64,000 bases of DNA from NCBI RefSeq assembly GCF_006345805.1, contig NC_043003.1:16244001-16308000 (forward strand), given 5' to 3'. This document shows positions 13,306-26,795 of the stretch, one piece after another. A program made the position numbers and the translations under genes. The stretch comes from Octopus sinensis (lineage: Eukaryota). How positions within the stretch are numbered: the stretch's first letter is position 1; every line of letters begins with the position of its first letter. The notes under the pieces are model-generated. The model was not told the DNA's origin. It saw only the letters and a program-made list of their open reading frames with translations, and did no database searches.

Positions 13306-13839
13306 TATTATTTTTGTTATATATGACATAACAATCTGAAATGTAATTATAAATTGATTTATATGCAAATTATATAATTAGAAACAATATAGATAAAGTG
13401 TTAAAAATCTGAATGTAAAAGTTAGCAAACAATTATATAAAAAAGATATGCAAATGAAGCTAAAATGATAATTTTATAATTTAGGTTTACTAACACCCTT
13501 TATTAACAAAAATTGATAAAACAAAGTAAGAGCTTAAAACCCATAGAGTTTCTCCCTTATTCACAGGTACAGGAACTGGACTACTACTTCCTGTTTTGCC
13601 ATTCACTTAAGAGACACCCTTAATTAAATTAAACAACACATGGATTTAATCCCATGGATCTCAATATTTCAAGGTAATTTTTTCGTGAACTATCATTAAA
13701 CTCAAGATACACAAAGACTTTACAATGCATCGGAGTACCTATTTTTTAATTTTTGTATATATTTATTATTATTTTCTTGCAAAAAACAATGTAATTTTCT
13801 TTTTTCCCCCTCCTCAATTTAAAAAAAAATTTTCTTTAC

Positions 13840-13881
13840 AATTCTTGAAAAGTCACATTATGACGAAAACCGGTTTTAATT
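13840..13881 (+). ncRNA. Degenerate minimal hammerhead in the Penelope 3' pLTR region
   Basis: aatt-cttgaaaa-GTCA catta TGAC-GAAA-accggtt-ttaatt: perfect stem II and palindromic stem III, CUGANGA box mutated. Confidence 0.55.
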
Positions 13882-14090
13882 AATATATATATATTTTATC
13901 AATTTTTAAAAATTTCCCATACACCCATTTTCATTAAAATTTTCTTTCAATTTAGCATTCTGCCTTTTTACAATTTTTCCTTGCCTATCATTTCTCCACG
14001 TGCGGTCAACACAACCCCACCATATATATATATATACATGCACACACACACACACATATATATTTACATATACATACACACACACTCACA

Positions 14091-14122
<32 letters not shown>

Positions 14123-14126
<4 letters not shown>

Positions 14127-14363
14127 GTTGTCCAAAGGTCTCTCGTCAGTAACTCAAAATTCCATAAATACGTAATATTCAATTTCATTTATTCATTCCA
14201 TTTATGAATGTTTAATTATTGAATGCTGTGAGTTAAGAAAATCACCGTTTTGTTTTCAACATTTGCCTATTTATTAGCGAAGTCTCATATAAAATAATTT
14301 TTTGTCTTAATCTTGCAATTAAATGGGTTTATATATTCTGTCAGGTGATTTTGGCCAACCTTG
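14123..14363. mobile_element. Tc1/mariner-type MITE
   Basis: Imperfect TIRs cagggttgtccaaagg..tcag / ctgtcaggtgattttggccaaccttg followed by TA. Confidence 0.7.
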
Positions 14364-14416
14364 TATATACATACATATATACATACACACACACACACAC
14401 ACAACACACACCACAA

Positions 14417-14461
<45 letters not shown>

Positions 14462-14793
14462 TATATACATACGCACATATATGTATATAATCAACTTGCA
14501 CTCTCCCTTTAAACTGATGGCCTTGTGCCACAATTTGAAACCGTTTACTATATTTCTGTTCAGTTGTTGTATATATACATACGGTACAGTGTATGTCTAA
14601 AAATTGATATTTGCCTGCATAGACGTGGCTGTATTACATATTTTTAGAAAAACAAATTTTGCCTGAAAGTATCGAAATTTATAGCACGAAAATCAATAGG
14701 AGAAATATCATTCGCTCCAGAATTGTGTGTTCTGGCAAGATTTTCAAGAACCCTGAATTCCGCAACGAGGGATCGGCAGGTATTGATAAAATG

Positions 14794-15870
<1,077 letters not shown>

Positions 15871-16097
15871 TGTGCGCGTGTGTGTGAGGGTTCATGTTTG
15901 TTTGTATACGTGTTGCTGTGCAAGTGGGTGTTGATGCGGGTGCATATGCATATGTCCGGATGTGAGAATGCTTCCGCATATCTGCACGGTTTGTGTGTTA
16001 GAGTTTCACATTTTCATGCTAATTAGTATGTGTGACTGAATAGATGCACGTGTATACCTTTCCTTTTAGCCTGTGTTCTTAGGCATTACTGCTGGGG

Positions 16098-16163
<66 letters not shown>

Positions 16164-16164
<1 letters not shown>

Positions 16165-16345
16165 CATAGTCGTATTTTATTTGCAGTTTTCCACTGCACA
16201 TCCGAGTGCAGATAGTGTGCTTTGAGGATATGCATCATTTTACATTGGGTTTGTATTTTATTTGGTATCAAGAGCATTTCACAGTTCATTATTTCTTGAG
16301 GAATCAGTACTAGTTCAGAATAGCATTCCGTATACGTTATTTAAT
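16164..16345 (-). mobile_element. R4/Dong-type retrotransposon 3' end abutting (TAA)n
   Basis: Reverse complement gcacactatctgcactcggatgtgcagtggaaaactgcaaataaaatacgactatggaataat resembles the 3' UTR at 55919-55980. Confidence 0.6.
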
Positions 16346-16416
16346 GTGGATATACTATTGAAAGTCTCAAAACTACAGCCCTAATCTTGAGAAATTATCT
16401 CGTATAGACCTATAGT

Positions 16417-16674
16417 CTTTTACTCTTTTACTTGTTTCAGTTATTTGACTGTGGCCATGCTGGAGCACCGCCTTTAGTCGAGCAAATGGACTCCAGGACT
16501 TATTTTTTATACGCTTAGTTCTTATTCTATTGATCTCTTTTGCCGAACAGCTATGTTACGTGGACATAAACATACCAGCATCGGTTGTCAAGCAATGTTG
16601 GGAGAACAGACACAGACACACAAACATATGCACACACATTCATATATATATATACATATATATGACGGACTTCT
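16417..16674 (-). mobile_element. OK-like SINE, 3' half
   Basis: tacttgtttcagttatttgactgtggccatgctggagcaccgcc... Confidence 0.85.
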
Positions 16675-16696
16675 TGTAAATTTGAGAAACTATGTA

Positions 16697-16932
16697 CATA
16701 TTTCTTTATTGCCCACAAGGGGCTAAACACAGAGAGGACAAACAAGGTCAGACGAAGGGATTAAGTCGATTATATCGACCCCAGTGCGTAACTGGTACTT
16801 ATTTAATCGACCCCGAAAGGATGAAAGGCAAAGTCGACTTCGGCGGAATTTGAACTCAGAACGTAACTGCAGACGAAATACCGCTAAGCATTTCGCCCGG
16901 CGCGCTAACGTGTTTGCCAGCTCGCTGCCTTA
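16697..16932 (-). mobile_element. SINE family B, full-length monomer
   Basis: Complete head to tail; 14-bp TSD tgagaaactatgta (16683-16696 and 16933-16946). Confidence 0.92.
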
Positions 16933-17426
16933 TGAGAAACTATGTAAATCCTTTCAACTTAGTATTCGGAGTGTGGGGTAGGAAAGAGTTGCGATAGGTG
17001 AGGTCATTGTTACCTGAACGAAAATGGGCAGGTGTTTGGGAGGAAACAGATTAATTAAACACATCGTATTAAGAACTAATTCTGCAAAGATAGCATATTT
17101 CTTTCAGTTTGTTTTTTTACTTGATAGCTGTCTTACCATTAAGTAAAATTACAATCTTATTTTCTGTAGAGTAGAGGGCAGACGTTGACATATGTTTCTG
17201 GTCCAACAGTCGTCATCAGCATCACAATCATCTTAACTTATTTCTATTCGACAAAGAACTAAGATTTATACGAAAAAGAGTAGAACACATTTTTATGACG
17301 TTGGTAATTTGTTTAATTTAAGCAAAGATGAACTGGGAGAAACAACACGAAAAGGCCAGCGGCATGAATTTGGACAACACTGACAAACACAGGTATATCA
17401 AATACCATACAATATAGATTTTCCAT

Positions 17427-17630
17427 TTACTCTTTACTGTTTTACTTGTTTCAGTCATTTGACCGTGGCCATACTGGAGTACCGCCCTTAGTCGAGCAAA
17501 TCCACCCCAGGACTTATTCTATCGGTGTCTTTTGCCGAACCGCTAAGTTACGGGGACGTAAGCACACCAGCATCGGTTGTCAAGGGAACAAACACAGACA
17601 CACAAACATATACACACACATACAAACATA
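17427..17630 (-). mobile_element. OK-like SINE, 3' half
   Basis: Matches the 3' portion of 28447-28872. Confidence 0.82.
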
Positions 17631-17831
17631 CATATATATATATATATGTATGTATATACATATATATATATATGTATGTATAGACATATATATATGTATG
17701 TATATACATATATATATATGTATGTATATGTATATATATATATATGTATGTATATACATATATATATATATGTAGTATATCTTATATATATGTATGTATT
17801 GTATATATATATATATATATATATATTATGT

Positions 17832-17866
<35 letters not shown>

Positions 17867-18057
17867 TATAATATATATATATAATATAAACAGTACTTGG
17901 AGAAGAAGAAACGAAACGAATCGAATCGACGCGAGGGCGCTCAGTCATATATATATATATATATATAGTGTGATAAATAAAATATATGCATACATACATA
18001 CATATATGTACGTACCTACATCTACATGTATATATACATGCATATATAAATACATAT

Positions 18058-18480
18058 ACGTGAGTACAGGACACCACAACTCAAGGAGAACTCAACGAGA
18101 AACGAAAACGTAAAAACAAACATGGAAACGGACCTTTTTTTTAACAATGAAAAAACAGAGTACAAGACAAACAACACAAGGAAAATTCCCCTTCATCAGC
18201 TGTCCCTAGTACGACTCCATGCGTGTTTCGAAGGTAAGGACAGAATACGACTCGTCGAACTAGCCCTTCCTGCGAAAGAATTAAATAAAATTCCTTTGCA
18301 GAGGGGTAAAAATAAGGAAAGAAAAAAATGTGACAAAAACAGGACGTAAAAACGATACAAATAATTACAAAAAAATAAAAACAAAATAAAAATACAATTA
18401 CAAAAAAAATACAGTACAAGAAATAAAAACAAACAAGAAAACAAACAACGAGGGCCTTTTTTGGCCTAGACGAGGAAAGA
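18058..18480 (-). mobile_element. Non-coding Penelope-pLTR-like repeat between (TA)n tracts
   Basis: Minus strand carries ccttcGAAAc...gacagCTGATGAagggg; same layout as 46890-47100. Confidence 0.45.
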
Positions 18481-18508
18481 TGTATATATATATGTATATA
18501 TGTATGTA

Positions 18509-18540
<32 letters not shown>

Positions 18541-18652
18541 GTATATATATATATGTATACATATGTGTATGTGTGTGTGTGTGTAAACACATACATACAT
18601 GTATATATACATGTATATATACATACATGTATATATACATATATATACATAT

Positions 18653-18729
18653 AGGTGGTGCTATTAAGTTAGACATGGCCTGGGCCAATAATGGCCGAAA
18701 CCTATCAAAGTATCAAAGTATCAAAGTAT
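18653..18729 (+). mobile_element. Isolated 3' terminus of the CR1-group LINE seen at 53436-53908
   Basis: gtggtgctattaagttagacatggcctgg is identical; terminal stem-loop, then a (tatcaaag)3 tail. Confidence 0.82.
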
Positions 18730-19554
18730 ATATATATATACATACATACAATATACACACACATATATATATATACATTTGCGTGAGTATATCTGAAAAA
18801 CGTCTATACAAAATTTTACACACGTACGCACACATGCGCTCGCATTCGGTTACACATGTCGATCGCTAGCCTTATAGTATCCTATAGCATACACCACATG
18901 TCTACATAATTAAGATAACGAAAAACCGGGTACAGAGTACAGAGATTCGATTCTCCTCCGTATTAATCTAAAAGAGAAAAATATCTCATTCACATTTACA
19001 CACGCACACACACACAAGCAAAAATAAATACCGTAATTTTGGTCCGGAATTTTAGCATTGATTTTATGAGTATCTTTCCATGATTTACACATTTATCATA
19101 TACATTCACGATTCGCACAAGCTTGATTTAATTTCCCTATTGTTTCCAAACTGCTACTCATCACTTACGTTAATCTTACTGAGAAAGGTACGTAAATAAA
19201 TGCCAATATCACTTCGAGAATTCTCCTAAATTCTTCCGATTTGTGCCAGAATAAGAAATCGATATGTTTGCAACAACTATTAACATTGTAAAAATGTCGT
19301 ATCTATGATAATATAATGTCAATGAATGTTCTCGTCCAACGTAAATTTTTCGGCAATTTAATTTCGGTTATTCTACCCTAAGACATTATTTCGGTTTGTT
19401 GTTTGGAATGGCGAAATATTTCAGTCCCTGAATTTATTAGCATTTTGAAAGTTCCTTGAATGTACGGCTCACAATAATTCGTTGTTTCCTCATCATAAAT
19501 AATATTTGAATTAATTTGCTGAATACATACAAATGGTTACTGAATTTTATTCTA

Positions 19555-20000
19555 TTATTCTTTTACTTGTTTCAGTCATTGGACTGTGGCCATGCTGGAG
19601 GTACCAACACGAAGAGTTTTGTCGATAAAATCTATCCTTGTACTTACCGGCAGTCACTGTTAACGAACCACTAAGTTACGGGAGCGTAAACAAACCAATA
19701 TCGAATAGGAGAACAAACACATAAACATACATATATACATATATACTCATGCACATGCACATGTATTTGTATGTATGTATGTATGTATGTATGTATGTAT
19801 GTATGTATGTATGTATGTATGTATGTATGTATGTGTATGTTGTGTTAGTATATATACGATGGGTTTTTATACAGTTCTCGGTTATCAAATTTCACTTACA
19901 AGGAGTTGGTTGGTCAAAGGCTATAATATAAGACATTTGCCCAGGGTGCAGCGCAGTGGGGTTGAACCCAAAACCACGTGGCTGCAAACCAAACTTTTCA
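19555..20000 (-). mobile_element. Degenerate OK-like SINE with an expanded internal (TATG)n
   Basis: OK 3' and 5' motifs flank the microsatellite. Confidence 0.75.
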
Positions 20001-20204
20001 CTACCCTTATTTGTTTATAAACTCTCATCGTACCAAATGCTTGCAACATTTGCTTATTTCCTGGTGTAGCCGTTCGTTACTTTGACACACCTTAACAACA
20101 ATAACCGGTAAAGTGATAATGAATTCTCCTGAGATAATTTCCCTGACCTGGACCTTATTAAGTAGAAGATCAAATTGTTGTCAGTAAACCAACAACTCTT
20201 CATT

Positions 20205-20410
20205 CCTTTGCCTGTCCTGTTCACCACATGTGCTATACTGGACATAATTCCGCGGCATCTATGCTTCATATGTTACACATTCTCAAACATTTTTTAACCC
20301 TTAGAGTAAGTTAGGGCTTATGAAAATATAGCTTTATATCACTTAGAACGCATGAAACAAGGATGAATGCCTAGGATAAACTTATGAAAATGTTTTGGAC
20401 AGACAAAGGG
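20205..20410 (-). mobile_element. piggyBac-like MITE
   Basis: Ends cctttgcctgtcc...ggacagacaaaggg-TTAA; diverged reverse-complement homolog of 22960-23174. Confidence 0.72.
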
Positions 20411-21059
20411 TTAATCGTTTCATCCTTCAAAATTTCTGGATCCAGTTTGGTTAATCTATTAGGTTTTTTCATTTGCTTCAAACTTTAGATTTTCTGTATC
20501 AGTAACCGATGGGCACTTTTGATATTTGTGCCTTGATATGTTCTAACATTAGAGTTTAAATTTTGCAGAACGGTACATACTATATGAACTACATGAAGAT
20601 GCAAAAAAGAAAAAAGAAATGGAAAAAATGCTATCATTCATTTTCATCTAGATCACGGCTTATGTAGATTTTAAAATATGTCATAGAATGCGAGAATCAT
20701 GAGGGTGTAACACCAGTAAAAAAACTTATGATAAGTTTATATCATTTGTTTCTTAAGTAGATATTTATATTTATATAAGTATCTATGTATGTGTATGTGT
20801 GTGAGTGTGTGAGTGTTTTTTGGTTTTTGTACATTTTTAAATATGAGAACTTTTATAATAGGTTTTTATATTCAATTGTTTATAGGGTTTATTTTAGATT
20901 ATTTTAGATTATATATTGATTATATATAGATTATATATAGATTATATATAGATTATATATTTTTATTTTTATATTCTTTCATTGATAATTTTTATTATTT
21001 TATTATTTTAAATTATTTTAAATTATATTTTAAAATATTGATATTTTTAGATCGAAAAT

Positions 21060-21102
21060 CCACCTGAAGATTGTCGGTAGCAGACATGAAACATTGTAGT
21101 GG
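21060..21102 (+). ncRNA. Minimal type-I hammerhead ribozyme (Penelope pLTR type) with intact core
   Basis: CCAC-CTGAAGA-t-TGTC ggtagca GACA-t-GAAA-C att G-TA-GTGG: stems I, II and III all pair; GUA cleavage triplet. Confidence 0.72.
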
Positions 21103-21189
21103 CGGTTTATTTAATTTATATTAAATTTTATGTATTGATTAAGTCTTTCCTTGTTTGGTTTTAAAATAGTGGTTTTGTCTCGATTATAT

Positions 21190-21255
<66 letters not shown>

Positions 21256-21413
21256 TATATTATATATATTATATATATATATATATATTATATGTATATA
21301 TGTATATATATATATATGTATATATATATGTATTAATATGTATATATATTATATATATTATTATATATGTTAATGTATATATATATTATATATGTATATA
21401 ATGTATATATGTA

Positions 21414-21451
<38 letters not shown>

Positions 21452-22219
21452 TATATATATATATATATACACACACATGAATTAGCGTAATGATAGCCTC
21501 CCTTGTTAAGAGAAGTCAATCTAGTATGTTGGTAAACCCATCAAAATAGCTTCCTTTCTTTATAGTTTCCTTCTTTTTAGTTAGGATATAAGGCAGTGCT
21601 CATGGCTGTTTACAATGCAAAGGAGATTGGTGGGAGAGAGAGATGAAGGAAAGTCGGTAAATTAGTGTCTCGACCCAGATGCTTGCAACTGAGTGGATTC
21701 TGCTAAAGTTACCCAATATTGTGGTGGTGTTAAACCGGCCGACAAATTAATTCTTACACCCCCAAATGTCATATCTGACATTCTTACAGTTCCACCAATC
21801 TTTTCCCTTGGGTGGTACATCTTATGGACCCCGAAAAGGTGAAAGGAAAACTGGCTTCGGTAGGATTTGAATTCAGAGTACAAGGAGCTGTAACAATTAT
21901 CTCGAGGCTTTCTTCCCTTCGCCCTAATGTCTCTGTCAATTCACTGTCTTGGAACATAGATCCAAGTACATTTGGGCAGGATGGTAAATGATAGAAATTA
22001 GAGAGAACAATAGAACGATATAAACTAAATGTATGTTGTGCAAAAGTGGAAGTAGACATAGGAGAAAGTGATCAAATTATTATGACGGAAGGCAATATGT
22101 TTTTTGTCTCTGAAAGTGAAGATGATACGGGGTATGATGGAGCCCGCTTCATTCTGTATAAAAAGGCTACGCTTGCCTCCACCAAATGGAAACCATTTAT
22201 TGATAACAGAATGTTTTTA

Positions 22220-22337
22220 TTGTGTCTGGGGAGAGTCATTTTCTTTTTGGACCTTATAATGTAACTTTGTGGAAATTTTACCGGTGAGTGTGTTACATTA
22301 TAAGACACGAAAAGAAAATTACTCTCTCCAGACACAA
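22220..22337. repeat. Fold-back element (about 46-bp arms) inserted in the RTE remnant
   Basis: ttgtgtctggggagagtcattttcttttt...tataatgtaac / gttacattataag...aaagaaaattactctctccagacacaa. Confidence 0.85.
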
Positions 22338-22955
22338 CAGAATATGCAACACGAACTCATATAAAGAATCTTGCAAACCAAATCCCCAAACGAAATAGAA
22401 TGTTTTTAAGGAAATGTAAAGCTAAGCATTGTAACAGCAGTTTTGTCGTTTGTTTCTCACCAATAAATAATGCAACAAATGAAGAACAAGATTTTCCTGC
22501 CAGTTCTTGGAGGAAGGAATTGATATAATATCAGCAAGAGATATGAAAATTATTATTGGAGATCTAAATGGGAAAAGCTGACAATAGCTACTAAGTTATG
22601 GAAACAAGGACGAGTATACGCAGGCTTGACATTGCTAAATGAATATAGTATAAGATTGATCGGCTTCTGTACTGTGCAGCCAACAATCTTATCATAAGAG
22701 ATGTTTTGTTTAAACAGGAGGACAGTCATAAACACATTTGAACATCTAGAGATAAAAAAATAATGTAATCAAATAGATCTTATTTTGATAAATCGGCCAT
22801 AAGATTTCTGTTTAATGTTAGAATATATCAAGGCGCAGATATAGGAAGTGCTCATCGGTTAGTGATACGGAAAAAATCGGTTTAATATTTGAAGCTAATA
22901 AAAAGGAAGAATAGATTAAGCAGGCTGGTTCCTGAGAATTTGAAGGATGGTACAG

Positions 22956-23429
22956 TTTACCCTTTGCCTGTCCAAAGCATTTTTATAAGTTTGTTCCAAA
23001 CGTCCATGCTTGTTTTCAAATGTTTAGTCAGACCTTGTTTCATACGTCCTGGGTAGTACAAAACTTTTTCTTACTCTAGTGGTTGAAAAAAAATTGGGAA
23101 TGTGTATTATGATGCAATGATGCTAGGAAAAGGTGTCCTGGGTATCAAATTCGATATACAAGTCAAGCAAAGTGTTAAAAATAAATTTGTAATTTACCCT
23201 TTGCCTGTCCAAAGCATTTTTATAAGTTTGTTCCAAACGTCCATGCTTGTTTTCAATGTTTAGTCAGACCTTGTTTCATACGTCCTGGGTAGTACAAAAC
23301 TTTTTCTTACTCTAGTGGTTGAAAAAAAATTGGGAATGTGTATTATGATGCAATGATGCTAGGAAAAGGTGTCCTGGGTATCAAATTCGATATACAAGTC
23401 AGGCAAAGTGTTAAAAATGAATTTGTAAT
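22956..23429 (+). mobile_element. Tandem duplication (237-bp period) of a piggyBac-like MITE plus flank
   Basis: Two nearly identical units ccctttgcctgtcc...ca(a/g)gcaaagtg-TTAA at 22960-23174 and 23197-23410. Confidence 0.85.
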
Positions 23430-23939
23430 TGAATGTCAGAATTGAAATGTAGTTGCTGAACTTCTAAAAGAAAACGCTGAGGACATCAATAGCTTATGGA
23501 AAAATGACGCCAAAGATAAAAAGAAAATAGATTTCGGATGAAACATAAGTTACTGAGGAACGAAAAGAAAAGGAAAGAATATAAATTATTGAAAGTTAGG
23601 AAGGGAATAATATAGGATATGAGACCGATTTGGTGTCAGTGATTCGACGCTTACTTATTTGACAGTCAGATACTGCACTGTTTCCCTCGTTCTATTCTCA
23701 CTTCCTCTTTTTATGAATACTTCTCTTTATGTATATGAGCAAAGGGAAAGTGTTTAATTAATTTGTAATTTCTGTCTCTCACTCCATCTCTTTCTCTCTC
23801 TCGCTATCTCCCTTTCCCTCTTTCTCTATCGCTATCTCCTCCTCTTTCTTTCTCGCTATCTCCCCCTATTTCTCTGTCGCTATCTCCCCCTCTTTCTGTC
23901 TTTGTGCCACTCTTTATTTCTGTATGTGTTCATGTGTGT

Positions 23940-24320
23940 CTATGTCCTGGGCAAGTGTCTACTACTACAGACGTTAAGTTATGGAGAAACTTACCTGAAG
24001 TGCCGCCGCTCCTCTTTGTTCCCACACCGTTTGACAATCAATGCTGATTGTTTACATTCTCATCATACGTATGTGTGTTTATATGTATGTGTATGTGTGT
24101 GTGTGTGGTGTGTGTGCAAGCCTTTGTTTGTTTGTTCCCATAACGCTTTACAACCGATGTCTGTTTGTTTACTTCAGCGTAATTTAGCGGCTTAGCAAAA
24201 ACGTCCGATAGAACGAGTGACAGGTTTTTAAAAAATGATTCGTTCTGGGGTTGATTTGTCTTATTAAACACCTTGAAGGTGGTGCTCCAGCATGGCCGCA
24301 GCCCAACAATTCAAACAAAT
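23940..24320 (+). mobile_element. Degenerate OK-like SINE
   Basis: gggcaagtgtctactacta; ttagcggcttagcaaaa; ggtgctccagcatggccgca. Confidence 0.65.
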
Positions 24321-24649
24321 GCATGATAAATAAAAATTATATCGTATGACTTTATTATAACATATGGCCACTTAATTCATCACATGATATCCATTTAGAA
24401 ATAGATATACTGAGCCACTGATACCAAGTGGTCAGAAACATATGGCTGGAAGTGGGGACACAATGGTAGAAACTGAATCGATAATACCCCAGTTGTTAAG
24501 ATCTTGGTGATTATGATGCTCCATTGTTACAACGGCCGTCGTTGTTTGATTGGTGCTAATTATTGATGCCATTATCCATTAGGATAGTTTACTAATATCT
24601 CTGCTGCTTGATGCAAAATGAAGATATTCCCGGTTGCAATTTGCTAAGT

Positions 24650-24860
24650 TTGGTGAACTGGCGAAATCGTTAGCGTATCGGATAAAATGCTTAACTGCAT
24701 TTCTCCTAGATCTTTACGTTCTGTGTTCAAATCCCGCTGAGGTTGGCTTTATCTTTCATCCTTTCAGAAGCGATAAAATAACTACCATTGAGCACTGGGA
24801 TCGATGTAATGGATCTGCCACTGCGTCTAAAATTGCTGGACTTGTACCAAACCTTGAAAC
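24650..24860 (+). mobile_element. Degenerate SINE family B
   Basis: gaactggcgaaatcgttagc; gttcaaatccc; tctttcatcctttc. Confidence 0.7.
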
Positions 24861-24945
24861 AATTTTGAACAAATTTTACAAAACTGACGCACCATTTAAT
24901 TTTAGCCAACAATTTTCTTATAAATGAGAGCCTTTCAGTATTTTA

Positions 24946-25190
24946 AATCACATCCCTGTATCGAACAGACAATTCGATGTTGTTACACATCGCTGGTTAA
25001 AATGTTTCTCCAGTTCTTCCTTGATTGCGTTATTCTTTTCTATCTTGGCCCTAACCGTTTCACTAGATCGCCTTTCCATCGTTGACGAGGTCTCCCTAGC
25101 AGTTTTCTCCGATGTTTTAGATTCAACTCGGCAACTGCACGGATTCACCTATTGTCTGTAAACCTTGCAATAGGTAAAACATGTAGTTAA
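24946..25190 (-). mobile_element. RTE-clade LINE 3' end (RT C-terminus plus 3' UTR)
   Basis: Minus frame IARFTDNR*IRAVAELNLKHRRKLLGRPRQRWKGDLVKRLGPR*KRITQSRKNW, a typical RTE-1 C-terminus with two Trp-to-stop changes. Confidence 0.82.
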
Positions 25191-25899
25191 AGGTTAAAAG
25201 CATATTGTATTGCCAAAAACGAGAACAACACATAGCCGTGTTTGGCAGAAATGAATACATGAATGTAAATTGAATTAGTTAATACATATATTATTACATT
25301 ATTCACTCTCCAAGTTCTTATTTACCTATTCTTCATTAAATATCTTTGAAAAGACACAACGCTTACAATTTTGTGGACATTTACGAAATATATCGGTTAC
25401 AATTTCACGTTGATACACCAAGAAAAAACCGCATGCGCACATATACTTGTGAATATTCGCAACTGTGCGTCCGTTTTAAAATTTATATCTACATATGAAA
25501 GTGTATACATGTTTACATGTATACGTATGCATGTGAACGTGTATACGTATGTGTGAGTGTAAGAGTATGTGGTCTGTGTGTGTATGCGTGTGCGCATGCG
25601 TATGCGAAAGTATATCGATAATTTCGAAGATTCCTACGGAAGATTTGTTTTAGATGAAAGAACGATGAGAAAGCACATGCTGATAAAGTAAACAGGCAGC
25701 GAAGTGGATAGGAATTAGACAAATTTCCTGAAGCTTTAAAGACGCTGAGATGCTAAAGATAACGGCCGTAATTCTTCAGACATCAAATGAAACATTTTTA
25801 TAGCAACGCAGCGCAGTAAATCTTAAAATTCATGTGAAGAGCCGAACCAAGAATATACTCTGACACATACAAATACACGTCTAAACAAACTCACGTCGT

Positions 25900-26249
25900 C
25901 CAGAGATATGTATACATATGTGTACGCACCTGCGCTTGTGTTTATGTATGAATGTATGAATGTATGTATGTATGTATGTATGTATGTATGTATGTATGTA
26001 TGTATGTATGTATGTATGTATGTGTATGTGTGCGTGCGTGTATCTAGAGATGCATTAATATAAATATATGTACTTGTAATCATATTGATATGTTCATATA
26101 AATTTATACATGTAGTGGTTCTTATCTTCGGATCACACACATACACACACACACACACACTCACACACAAACATACATTCATATATATATACACATGTAT
26201 AAATATATATACGTATATTTATATATATATATATATATATATATACACG

Positions 26250-26291
<42 letters not shown>

Positions 26292-26751
26292 CGTATATAT
26301 ATATATGTATATATATATAAATATACGTATATAATATATATATATATACATATATAAATAAACATATATGCATACTTACATACATATATATGTGTATATG
26401 TATATACATACACACACACACAACAACACATGCACATATATATACATATACGTATATATATATATATCATACGTATACACATGTATATACATATATATAT
26501 GGGTTTGTGTGTCTATGTGTATAAGCGCATCACATGCATATGCACATAATGTATAGAGATATAGAAATATTGAGACGCTATATATGTGTAATAAAACTAA
26601 TATATATTTAACTATGTATATATGTGGATATATATTTACATATATATACGCATGCATACGTACACACATTTATTTTGCATTCTTATATATAGCCTGTATG
26701 TGCATGACTGTATTCCATTTGCATAGACAAATATGTATATACAGATATGTG

Positions 26752-26795
<44 letters not shown>

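Larger units (their letters stand above)
11800..14020 (+). mobile_element. 5'-truncated Penelope-like retroelement with AT-rich 3' pLTR-like region
   Basis: RT and GIY-YIG remnants, followed by about 900 bp of AT-rich sequence that contains a hammerhead-like motif and ends at (TA)n. Confidence 0.85.
21995..23600 (+). mobile_element. Old RTE-like LINE fragment (APE endonuclease region) with nested insertions
   Basis: VVCFSPINNATNEE; KIIIGDLNGK; QIDLIL; NVRIYQGADIGSAHRLVI; later EDINSLWK and ISDET. Confidence 0.78.

Noticed and set aside
16784-16981. Recurrent ORF MRNWYLFNRP... as a gene family
   Set aside because: Antisense translation of SINE family B
18910-18980. Minus-strand splice acceptor ttttctcttttag
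   Set aside because: No supported donor or recognisable coding sequence follows
24948-25148. Host exon (66-aa ORF)
   Set aside because: Another frame on the same strand encodes an RTE RT C-terminus
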